A stretch of DNA of 64,000 nucleotides from Phoronis australis (taxonomy: Eukaryota; Animalia; Phoronida), in assembly GCA_002633005.1 (NCBI GenBank), contig NMRA01000051.1, positions 499,273 through 563,272 on the forward strand, given 5' to 3'. The first letter of the stretch is position 1. Each line of letters opens with the position of its first letter. Shown one piece after another: positions 10,433 to 22,600 of this stretch. The notes below the pieces were generated by a model. That model saw only the letters and a program-made list of their open reading frames with translations. It searched no databases and was not told where the DNA came from. The position numbers were made by a program, and so were the translations under genes.

Positions 10433-11929
10433 GAGTGTGCGGTGCAGCGAAGAGTAAGGATTGCCCTCTGCACTATAAACTGTTCAAATTTGTTGGAATT
10501 TTGGGGACATGCTCGTCATTTTATGTTGGTAACGTTGGTATATGTATCATGAGCGTTGCGTGTTGCTCTGGTTAGTGTAAAATCAGAAATGGCAGTGTGT
10601 TATGGAAAACATTGAAAAGGTTTCTCCTTGGCCTTTTGTCTTCCTAATGTTACAAAATTAGCATACACTGTGAATCAACTGGAGTAAATTGGTTGCCTCT
10701 GTTGATAGATTGGTAGCTGCAAATTTGATTTATTCTTATTGATGGGTTTTTATTGATCAAATAACTCTGTATATGTAGTTTGTATGTCCCGAAGAGAACG
10801 TAAAACCTGATCAAGCTAATTTTGAGTATGCAAATTTTATGCATTGCATGGCTCAGCTTTTTGGCATTGCACATCTGTCATTTTGTGTTGATAAGCAGTT
10901 TGCACACTTGAGTTTAGATTTTTATGGCACTAACTGATGAGTTCCTCGAGCTTTTCACAATGTGCACAAATTGTTTTCATCTTATCGTTTGATTGACATT
11001 CATCATGTGGTGTTCTGGGTGCCTAGTAAGAAAGCTTGATGATGTGTCTCAAGAACTCCGACCTTCACCTGGTGGAGTTGCGTTCACCTTTAATTTCAGG
11101 CATTAAGGATGGGCCAACGCCATGCGCTGTTGCAGCAAAAATGTCAGAAAGTGGAACATTATAGGTTTTGCAATATTTAAATACGTTGGTCATGTGATGT
11201 GGCCAACAGGCGGCGTGCAGAGCAGACATAAAATTGTTTGTGATGTTGCAATGTTGCGAAGAAAAACAAAATTAATTCATTTGTTAATTCCTTTCAAATC
11301 GTGGCCATATGTTGGTGAACTTTTCGTTTGGATATTCAACTTGTATTTGTGTATGTTGACTATAGTTTCCAGTCCATATCATTACAATACAGTAATATTT
11401 TACCTATGTTTGGTGTTATCTGTAAAATCATGAATCCAACTCGACTGAACTGGAAAGAAGAAAAAACTAACTGAACCCTATTCAATGATAATTTCAAAGT
11501 GGTCACGGTTATTAAAATTTCCTTTTCTAAACTGCAAGCCCACTTTTACGAAGTGGTTCACTTCTAAGAATGTAATAAGAAAGCTGGTTGAATCATGCGG
11601 GTCATCCTAAAGACTCCTTACATTCTTAAAATTTATCCATTTCATTCTTGTTCAAGTCTCCTAAGATGCGCTTAAAACTTGGAGAAAGTCGAACTGGCGT
11701 CTTTTAAAGTCGGTCCCATCTTTACAATTACAGTGATAATGTTAAATTATACCCTTAGTTATTAATCCGTTCTGTCTGTAACTATGTGACGGTGCTGAAG
11801 ACACTAGGACTAAAACAGTATTCTATTTTCGTTACCAACAAGGTCGCCAAAATCTGTTCAAGAAAATGTTTCCATCAGAGCCCTAAATTTGCGAGTTTGA
11901 AAATTGCGCATGTAGGCATAGCCTGTGAC

Positions 11930-13460
11930 TTGAGAAAAAACGGTTTTACTGGTAATTTTTAATCTACCGGCGGACTTGATAAGAGCCGCAGGGGCACAAA
12001 AATGACTCCGGACCTTCCTTCAAGGTACCGGAGCCCCAAATGTGACCACATTGGTCCCACCATCGGCGGACTTTCAATTCGAGGGGGCAATGGGAAAATG
12101 AACGGATATGTAACTAAAACAAGTCCCTCTTCTCCGTCTCTGTGGGAAACTAGACCAAAGCTGGCCGTGGGGAGTGCCAACCACAATTTTTGAAGGCAAA
12201 AAATGTCGACGCCCAAACTAATTGTCATACCCGGCCAACGGTTCCTCAACATACCCTCTCTACGTCTGCCTTGGTCACGTGGCGCGCTGCGCAACCTTTA
12301 GTGCTGCGCCTTCAAGTTTTCTCGAACGTTCCACTAGGACTAGCTTGACTAGGTGAGATTTTGAAGTGCGAGCATATGTTGCAAAAGTTTTAGTACCAGC
12401 AGAAACAAAAATGACTCCGTATCCGTATTAGTAGGACTATGTCCCTATCCCTATCATGACTGGAGCTTATTCCACTCCGAGTACTTTGTATTTGAACGCG
12501 GCGCTTTCGAGCTTTACTCATTCACCAGGCCGCTACGGTATATGCCTCCGATCCGGCCGACTAAGGTGCCGTCGGGATGGCCTAAACCACCGCACTATTT
12601 TGAGACTGAAATAGTACGAAACATGTACAGGCACAAAAGCAATAACTATTTATATGCGGCCACGCGTACCGTGACTTCACAACCAGCTCGATTGATCCCC
12701 GGCCCACCATGGGCGCCGAGAGCATTGAAATATANCTCGATCGGCCGATGGCGGCCGCGCCCGGCCGCCGCCTCGGCACTCATCATTTCAGTGCTGCCCG
12801 GCGTCGATCAGGCGTCAGCCATCGATGAGTGAACCATCACCTACTACTCATCTAGTTGCATGTTAATAGAAGAGGTGCAAGTTCTAGTTTTTTACTGCTG
12901 AAATCTGGGCCACTGCCGGGCTTTCGACAAGCTTCTTTTTGAATTCATTGAGAAAATTCGTGCAAAACCTGACACCCGTCACACCTCGACACGGGCGTTA
13001 ACGTGGGCAGTACCGCCTGGGTCAGTCGGAGCGCCCGTGGGCCGACTTGCACTGGCACCTCATCGATCTGAAACCAGTTACACTGTTCACTCGGCATAGG
13101 CCTATGCAGATATACTGAGCACAGTTTAGGAATATACTGTGGGGTTTTTGGTGCTGAGTGTGTGATGTCAAGAATTGATGGGTGGCGCACCCGCCATAGG
13201 GGACTGACCGGCTGCCAGTGGGGCCGGGGCTCGGCCCCACAAAAGTTTTTTCAGTTGCGAAGGCGGTGCACCACAGGGGGCTGGGGGAGGGGGGGCCTTT
13301 AGCCCTCCCCACTTTTTTCAGTACTCAGTGCGCCGCCCATATAATAAGGTGCGCAAACTTGGGCCTGAAATATTAGAACCTCAGTGGAATTTGCAATCGC
13401 TATCGTCAATCGCTGTAGCCTCACTGGCCTCGTGAGCGGTGAGTCTGAAATCGATTATTG
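11930..13460 (+). promoter_or_regulatory. CpG/GC-rich region, likely LDB promoter with non-coding first exon(s); may include repeat DNA
   Basis: CpG density is far above the window background. E-box GTCACGTG at ~12273. Strong donors AG|GTGAGA (12353) and CG|GTGAGT (13439). The LDB ATG exon has an acceptor at 16564, so it needs an upstream exon. Confidence 0.5.
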
Positions 13461-16400
13461 CCGAAAGTTCCCGAGCTTTGAAGATAGGCCCACAATGCAT
13501 TGTAAGGGAAGATATGAAAGAGACAAGAGGAACATACAAGTTGATTGTTGCCTTTCTCCGTTTGTAGCCTACTAACTGGCTATTACCTAAGGGCTTCGGG
13601 GTTCAACTTGCTTGGTAAGGCTTAAAATATCATTAAAATTCAGGAACTGTAACTACACTGCTCGTAGTATACTGTTTAAGAGCAAATTTGTGACCTTTGT
13701 TTAACCGGAAGTTGCTTATGGATTGTCTGCAACTAGTAGGCCTACATGAATAGATTTTGATTTCTTTTAAGTCGTGACATGCGACTTCCATTGTCTTGGT
13801 CGAGTGAAGTGGTTTTGTGATTTGAAGAACAAGTGATTCTAAAACTATGTCTAATGTATAAAATACTAGTTGTTTGATGGTAATCAGTCTAATTTTCAAG
13901 TCAAATACTCCTTCCAATTGAGCGCTGTTTACCTCTGTGCTGATTCTGCTGGTTGCACACACAATTTGGCCACGAGGATAACGTTTTTTCTGTTTCCATT
14001 TCTTCAAATGCATTGAGCTGAAACTTAACCTGAGAAATAACCAAAGTGGCCCAGTTGCTGAGGAATTGAATCAATGATGTGAGGCCTGCTTTGTTTGTAA
14101 TGAAATTTGAAAAGTCACCTAGACATGGAGTCCAAGTTTCGAACACGCTACCGCTACTCCTCTAGTCTTGCTTCAATGCCAGGCATGCTAACCAGTCGAC
14201 CAAAGAACAACTGACCATAGGCGAGTGATTAAGAGAGGCCTTTATATTAGTGCACTCATTGCAGATTCACCACACTCTTCCTCATTTAAAAGGGGTCATT
14301 CCGTCTGGAACTCAACATCAGATTGGCCCCTCTCTACCAGCCATTATGTCACTAACAAACTTAGGAGGCTGTGTGGTCCTTTTCTGCTGTCGTGATTGCG
14401 TACTGTTGTTGGATGCCAATGTTATAAAAAATCACCTAGTCCAAGTTTTGAACTTGGTTCATTGCCAGGCATCTTAACTACTAGTAGTCGACCACAGGGC
14501 AATGGCCCGTAGGCAAATGATTAAGAGGAGCCTTTGTATTACTACACTCACTGCAAATTAACCACATATCTAAAACAAAAGACTTTAAACGGTGGATTGC
14601 TCTCTCACCTAAGACGCATTTTAAGTGGTTTATAAAGATGATTGTTGAGTGTGGCTGTGGTCTATGACCTAATTGGCACTGGTTACAATATCTCTCTCTT
14701 TGTGTGTGTGTGCGTGCGTGTGTGCGTGGGTGTTTGTACAATGTTCCCTGATTTAGAGAACCAATTAATCACTGAACAACTGGTTGTTATAGATCACTGG
14801 TTTCCTCCAATGAATGGGTCTGTTATTCAATGATACCTTGGCTCTCTAAATCAGGGATCACTATGTCCAACCAGTACCAACTAATTTATGTTAGTATCAA
14901 TAAACATGATCATGGGTCATGTGATTTAGCCAATAGGTGGCGTGCACACCAGACTTAAGTTTGTGATCTATATTTCCACTTTGGTTTAAAATTTACATAA
15001 ATAAACATGGTATTATGGCAAACAGTACAACTGTCTCAGCTGGCCCCAGTAGAGACATTGGCCATCCCAGAGGGTCACCATATGCCGGAAGCTTTTTGCA
15101 AATTATACCTCACACTTATTATTAAACCTTTAATGTCATTTTGCTATAAGTATATTTTACTAACAGAGGGGCACCTTAGGAGGCCGAACAAAATACTCCC
15201 GCAATGAAAACTTTTTAAGAGTCCTGACCATGTGTGACTAACTACTATTTGGTCCATGTTCCTGACCATTCCAGTTTCCAGAGGCCTCGTATCAATCTCT
15301 CTTTTGTTTATCACCAGACGTAGTCTTTTTTTCTGATGTCGCGACACAAACGCCAGTTATCTACCAAGCTTATTGTATATATTGATGTAAACAATTACAT
15401 GCATCGACTCAAAACTATTGTCAAAAAATAAAAAAACCATCACAGTGGCTAATTTTGTTGTATTTCTTCTGGGAAAAGAGGATTCTACTCTTAAGTTTTC
15501 ACAAGGAAATCAATTTCAGAAGCCAAACATGTAAAAAATTACCAGTTTCACCCCTTGACATTTCAGTTTATTTCAGCCAGTGTTGTTTTAGACATCGCTA
15601 ATTCAATAATTGCCAAAGGCAAAACCTTGTGGTGTCAAATATTTCAACAAAGTTGGCAAGCATTGTTAACTGTCGTGAACAACGGGTGGTACAGTAGAAT
15701 CTCAGCAATTTCCGTTACAATATGGCGGACAAGTGAAATTTGTTTTCTCATTTCTTTTGTAAATTTAAATGATAAATAGCTTCAAAATAATTGTTTTACC
15801 ATGTTCAAATTCTGTACCGTAGCTACAGTTACCATCAGAAAATATTTTGAAAATTGGTGGGCACTCACAGCCACGTTACAAGAGCTTGAAAAAAGAAAAA
15901 AGGGGTTATGTTGGCGACTATTTTTGTACGCAATTGTTGAGATTTTAAGGTAAATGTTTGATTATTGCAGCTCTCGATAAGTCCGTCTTTGAAAAATATC
16001 TAAGCAGAGAATTTAAAAGTTTTGAGTTGTGCAGCAGCAACCTTCCGGATATACCGAATTGAAGGAAGACACGACTGTTTACTGTATTAATGCAGAACAC
16101 CTCTCGTTATATATGTTGATTCTCAAGAGAAGGGCAGTAGAGTTGGTCATCAGGACACTTAACGAAAGTGAAAGTGATCATAATTTTGACCATTGTTTTT
16201 GTGTAAAAACATCTATCGTAGATAATCAAAATGTGACGTAGTAGTACGTTGCGTTTTGTTTATTTTTCAGTATTTAATATTGGAAGAATCACTTTAATTC
16301 ATCTCCTGTTTAGCTCACAGTATGGCGACACATTAAGCATGGACTAAGAAATGTTTAGTTTATTTCTGGCTTTGTTTACACTGTGTAGATATCATAGAAC

Positions 16401-16631
16401 AGTATTTGGTAGAGCTCCCATTGTTTTCTACAAAGCAATCGGCCTTTGAACAATGGAAAATGTGATAATTTCAGCTATTATTTTTGTGTGAATTATGCGA
16501 AGCATTGCAGTACCCACTGTTGTTGACTCCTAATAGTTATCATTATCACCGTGTCCTTTTTCAGACCCCTGTCTGTTGTTAGTCTCCCCCTATCTGTCAG
16601 ACTGGAACATCCTTCCTGGCCCGGCCCTAGA

Positions 16632-16684
16632 ATGCCTGTACAGCAGATGATCCCTGGCCCCCTGGACCGGGACCCTGGACTGGC
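16632..16684 (+). CDS. LDB1: LDB first coding exon (exon begins at 16565)
   Basis: MPVQQMIPGPLDRDPGLA; LDRD recalls the vertebrate LDB1 N-terminus; donor GTAAGT, phase 2. Confidence 0.8.
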
Positions 16685-19600
16685 GTAAGTAGTCTTCAAC
16701 ATATACAGATTCCCTGGCCTTTTTCAACATGCCTGATCTGTACAGAATGACAAATAATTAATGATTCAAATGTTATAAGTAGTGGAGGCTGTTGTCCATT
16801 CCAGTCACTGGGAAGGAACTGTGTCTACTTGTCACTGTATATGGCAGCTCAATTCTTTCCTGTCATATTTGTTGAAAAACTTGATAATAGTAGATATATA
16901 TATGCATTCGCTTGACAGTACTCCGTTTACTTTCTCAAGGTAATGTAAAATATCAGTGAAAAAATTAATATTTTTTGTCAAAGGAACATTTCTTTTAATG
17001 TTCACACCAAAGTGTTGGTAACTTTTAAACCCAGTTTAAGGATTATGACTATATGTGAACAGTTTGAAACCAGTTTTGATAGTTATAAATGTACCGTGGT
17101 CACTTAAGATCTCCATGATGTGATTTAATGCTGGAGCAGTTGTGTTCTAGTGTGAACAATATAGAACAAATTCAGTGGCAACGACCACCAGTGACTAAAG
17201 CCATGAGCTTAGTTATGTCTGTTATAAAGTTCTGTTAGGGTGAACGATAGATATTAAGTTAAAGTTAATGCTTCACTTATTGAGCACACAATATTGCCAA
17301 CAAGTGAAATCCTATTTTGTCAAATTTCTTCGCAAAAATTACCATTAGAAAATTTTAGTCTATTACTGTCATAGTTTATAATATGTACATGTAATAATAC
17401 CTCACTTAAGTGAAGTTTTCACGATTTGATGCAAAGTAATCAGTCCTTGAAAAATAAAAAAATTACAATTTTGACATTTATTTTTGTGCGAATAAGTCGA
17501 GAATTACCATAAAACCAGATTTAGTTGCTTTCAACACAATGTTATTGGCTTAGTTTGTGCGATACAGACAACACATGAAAGTTGTAAGTATATGATGTGC
17601 CAGTATAGTCGGCCTTTGAGCAATAAAAACAATGGTTTTGTCCGTTATCTTTGTGCAGAATACATAACTGAAGGTGTGCTGTTTTTGTATCAGTACCTAT
17701 TGGAGGTACAAGTGTTTTTGTTTCATCCAACTGAAGTTCAATGTTAGGGTCCAGAGTAGTTAACCTACTTTCACCACATAACGCACATATAACTAACCAG
17801 TTATTGCCGTCTTATTATGGATAGTTTGCTGCTTTGCTCTCGTTTCACAAATTAACGCCGTTTTATTATTGAATCTTGGTTGAGCTTCCTAGTGAGGTGA
17901 ACTCAGATAAGGAGTGAAGGACTTATCTCAATACGCAAGCTGTCCTCCTCAAAAGTGTGCATTTCCTTTTATCCTTATCTTTCCCAACGAGCACGCCGTC
18001 CGTTTCAGAACCCGTTTCGCCACAAGTTTTATTACAGAACAAAATTCTTCGCTACTAGTCATTCGATCTAAGCATGATAGAGTGCGGGTAAGAAAATAAC
18101 ACTTGTGCCTACAATACTTGTGTGTTAGGAAATCTTAATTTTGTTGCGCACCATTTTGATCAGTGTAAGAGCATTCGCAATGCACAGTGTCTGGCTGATC
18201 TTTTAAGAACTGATAATTATCGAGTTGCATTCGTCATTTGCCATGAGATGCGTGGTCACGTGAAAATGTGAACGTACTTGTCGATTGGTGGAGATGATGT
18301 GTCCCACTTACTAAACACGTAATTTTAAAATGCATGCAATTTGTCAAGATCATTCGTTGTAATCTTTGTTTGAGTTGTGATTTGTTGTTGGTATGTTACA
18401 TATTCTTTTCAAAGCCATAAATGACATGATTTTGTTAATGCTGTGTGTGAACTGGTTTCTTTGGAGTGGTTTAATTGACTAATTTCACCTGCATTTTCTG
18501 ATAAAAACTCGCAGTAGACAAAAGCATGCTATATTTTTTGCTTGTCATGGTAAATTAAAATGAATACAATATTGTCATTTAAAATTGACTCTGAAAAGTT
18601 AATTTATTTCCATAAATTATAGGTCATTTCCCTAATTCTATACAGTTGGTAAATTAAAGTAATAATTAACGTTGTCTTAAGTTATAGAAAACATTTTTTC
18701 TTTTTTTTGAATTTCATTTGTAGTTTTTATCATGCAATGTTATGACCTGAAAAAATCTTTAAAAATTCACATTTGATTTTCAACCATTTTCAGGACATAA
18801 TCCTCGGGCCTGGGGTTTGTTTAGACTAAAATTAGATTTACTTGTTTCCTTTGCCCCATTTTATGACAATAAATAAAAATGTTCAAAACTTTAAAACTAT
18901 ATTACAGACATCTGATTCATTCAGTGGAGTAGGAGGCTTGACAGACAATAGGGCTTTGCACAATTTTGGCATGTATATTTGATTTGATTGACAGGTTGCA
19001 CCTAAACAAAACAAGCATGTTTATAACAGCTTTTCAAAAGGTGACCATTTTCATATGAAACCATCTCTTTGCTAAAATCCTAATACATTTTGCTGCATGA
19101 ACACCAGCCCTGATGCACACCCTTTGTTTTCAAAATACCGTAGCAGTTTCCCTCAAATAAGGTTTTACACTCACATAAACTGAGTTAAGATTGACAAATG
19201 TTGTTGGGATGTAAAATAGTTTCTGATTGAAGGCGAGGGAAGATTGTCAGAGGTGGGAGTGATGCTAAAATTGGGAATAAAATTGGGGGAGGTCTTATCA
19301 TGGGGGAGCTTGTGAATCATTTGACAATATTCCATGGCCAAAACTAGTAGAGTAGTGCTTACACTCTTGAATGGGATTACTTCCGCTAGTATGGTGTTGT
19401 TAAGGGATATTGTCACTTGTCAGTGAGAAAAGGGATTTTCTGAGGTCAGGGTCTGTGGAAACCTGCAACCCCAGTCGGCACAGTCTAAAGCTCTGCTTGC
19501 AGAACTAAATCCCACTCAAAAGCTAACAATATTTTAAGCGTATTTAAGTGTTACATCTTTTTTTTTAGCTCTGGTCAAAGCTAATAAACTCTAAACGTCT

Positions 19601-22600
19601 ATCCCTCAAACAATAAGTGTTTTTGGCTGTAAGTAATTTGCATTAAAAGAACATTTTTTGTGATGCATGTTAGTGAACATTGTTGATAGCTGACTGTTAT
19701 ATTGAAGCATGACTTGAAAGTTTCTTCAGTGTTGCATGTTAGTCAACACTGTTGATAGCTGACTGTTATATTGAAGCATGACTTGAAAGTTTCTTCAGTG
19801 TTGCATGTTAGTCAACATTGTTGATAGCTGACTGTTATATTGAAGCATGACTTGAAAGTTTCTTCAGTGTTGCATGTTAGTCAACATTGTTGATAGCTGA
19901 CTGTTATATTGAAGCATGACTTGAAAGTTGCTTCTGTCATGCATGTTAGTCAACATTGTTGATACCTGACTGTTATATTGAAGCATGACTTGAAAGTTTC
20001 TTCAGTGTTGGTGTATTTAGCCATATATCTTCAAAACAATCAATTTAAACTCACTGAAAAAAATTATATTTTCTGAAATTAGAAAGCCTGTAGAATTTGA
20101 TTTTTTACTGTATACCAATCTGTTATTATTTGAGTCATGTGAACATGTCTTTTTATTAAAATTTGCCAAAAAAGAAGAGTACATCGATAGGAGAACAACG
20201 GTATCAATAATGTGACTAGATTTCGTTTAATATAGATGTTCAAAAACGCTATATCAGTTTTCTAAATTAACATTTCGATTTTTTTATGCAACTTTTGAGT
20301 TTTTTTACTGTAAATATGATAGCCCTTTATGCAAAAGTGGAAACTTTTAAAAGCAATTCCTAACAGCTTTTTGAAGAACTGTGCATCACGCATGGTATCT
20401 GTAATTCTCATTTGATCTGATCAGCCATTTCTGTGATATGATGTTCTAAAATTTGTCAAGTTTGCCCATTTTTCGAAGGTCCTGCATAACCTTAAATATC
20501 GAAATTTGAACTGTATTTTACATTGGTCGTTATCTGTACTGACACTAAGCACGCAGTATTCTTCACCGTGCTTATAATTTCTGTTTTACACTATATGAAT
20601 GAGTCGTGTCACACTTTTCCTCTCCATTTTTGCACTGATGTGGTGATGACCACTGATTTCAAAAGCCTGGATTGTTCTTGTCTCAAACCCATGATACCCA
20701 GGGTGAGAGCCACCATTCACTCACACTTTGGCCTAAAAACCCAGCACTTCCCATTACCATCAAGACATGTGCTGTAATGGGCTCCTCTCCACCGCTGCTG
20801 TTCTACTCAAATCTGCTCAGCTCAGTCAAGGAGTTTGTGATAAGGCAAGTTGAGCTCTCTGTGTAGTTGTGATCACCTAAGTTTCTAAATAAGGTAAATT
20901 CATGATATCACGTTTCTATGGCTACCAAATGGAGTCTGGTCTATGTGGTGGCTTCTGAGGTTTGTGTTTAACCGGTGTCTGTCAACATACGGTGTGTTGA
21001 GCATGATTGTGTCTGTATCAGTACTTGCAGGCATGTGTTTTGCAGCTGATAGAGCTTGTTGTTCTCCAAACTAATTATTTTTGGGTTTGGACAGGAAGGT
21101 CATCATGACTTAACACTTAGGCTGGTTCATGATTCTTCATGAATTAAATTTAATGCTGGAACGAAGAACTCATATTTAGTGATGTTACGTCCGCCTCCCC
21201 TGAACTCCAGCTCAACTGCCGCGCCACTTGACCACAGCTCCATCTATCTGTGAAAACAACCGTAGCCAAACTTAAGTCCACACGATGTGGACGCAATGTC
21301 TCTAAATGTGAGTCCTTAGTTCCAGTATTTGATTTAATTCTTTATTTATTCTACTGTGACTGGATGTCTGAAAATTTCCATGCTTATGTTGCTCTGAAGG
21401 TTCTGTGATGTGTAGGGCTAGTTTCTGTCAGATTGGCCTAGCAGTTTTGTAATGCAGGTGACTAGAATTAAACACCATCTTGGTCAATTTTTATGGATTT
21501 CTTTTTAATGAATGTTTTTGAGTCTTGGCAAAGCTTCTTCATTTTCGAAAGTAAACTATTACTGAAAAAGTTTACATAAATTCTGTTATCTGAAAGGCTT
21601 GCTAACATTTGTTCAAAAGTCTCATGTCTCATTTTGTGTCAGCTGCACCTGTAGGAGATACGATGCAAAGTTGTGAAATTTGACGACAGAAAATTGTACT
21701 TTTCGGTCGTGTTGTGTCCTACAATAATTCATTGCCACTGTTGCGCGTTTAATTCAAAAAGAAATTTTCAGCATCTAAACATATTTGGGTCATAAAAGTT
21801 TTCTGAAAACCTTCTGTTTTTCCCATGAGTTAACTTCTGTGTTTAAAAACATATGAAAGAACAATGCTGTTGTTTCTGCTGCATAATGCCACATGTATGG
21901 CTGATTAGCCAGTTAATGTGCCTCACCAAGGCCAGTTGAGTACAGAGCTATGGTAATCAGGCATGGTAATCTGTGCATCCACTGCTGCATCAGCTGAACA
22001 CATGACTAATGGCTGTCCATCAATATTACAGTGGCACTTGCCAACCAGTTCTTTGCCTCTGTCTCTCTCGCCCATCTATTAGGGCCTTGCTTTGAAGGGA
22101 AAATAAACACATGAACTTGGTGTTGTGGTGCAAACAAGTTAAGTTTTGTGGATTGAAATGTTGAAATGCATTTCNNNNNNNNNNNNNNNNNNNGGGGGGG
22201 GTTGAATTGAACACCTCATGCTGTGTAATTAGGGTCAAGGACAAATTACTGGTGGCTATGTTGCTTGTTTGTAGACTTAGAAACATAGAAATGCTAGGAT
22301 TCAGCTACTTTGGTTTTGATTCACCAGAGCTCTGAGCAAAGACATGTTTGTGAAATTACGTTATGTAAGTTTTGTCCGACCAGGAGTATTTTGCTGTATA
22401 ATGTGTCCAAATTTTGGTAGTCATTCTCACCAGGTTTAAGCCCTCCCAAAATAGTTTGTCCAAAATTTTACATCCAGTTCTTACACAATCGGGGTTGACT
22501 AGAACTGTTGTATTTTTCCAAAAGCTTAAGTTTTTTAAACAAGAAGAGCTCGAAGAATTTCAGTTTTAAAATCTTATTGTGTCTTGCTAACAGTTGGCCT

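Noticed and set aside
14190-14620. Diverged ~290-bp direct repeat upstream of the LDB ATG exon
   Set aside because: An old tandem duplication with no coding or structural signal.
19664-20008. CRISPR-like array (regular repeats with an internal palindrome)
   Set aside because: Whole 69-bp units repeat with no unique spacers; eukaryotic intron; no cas genes. It is a plain minisatellite.
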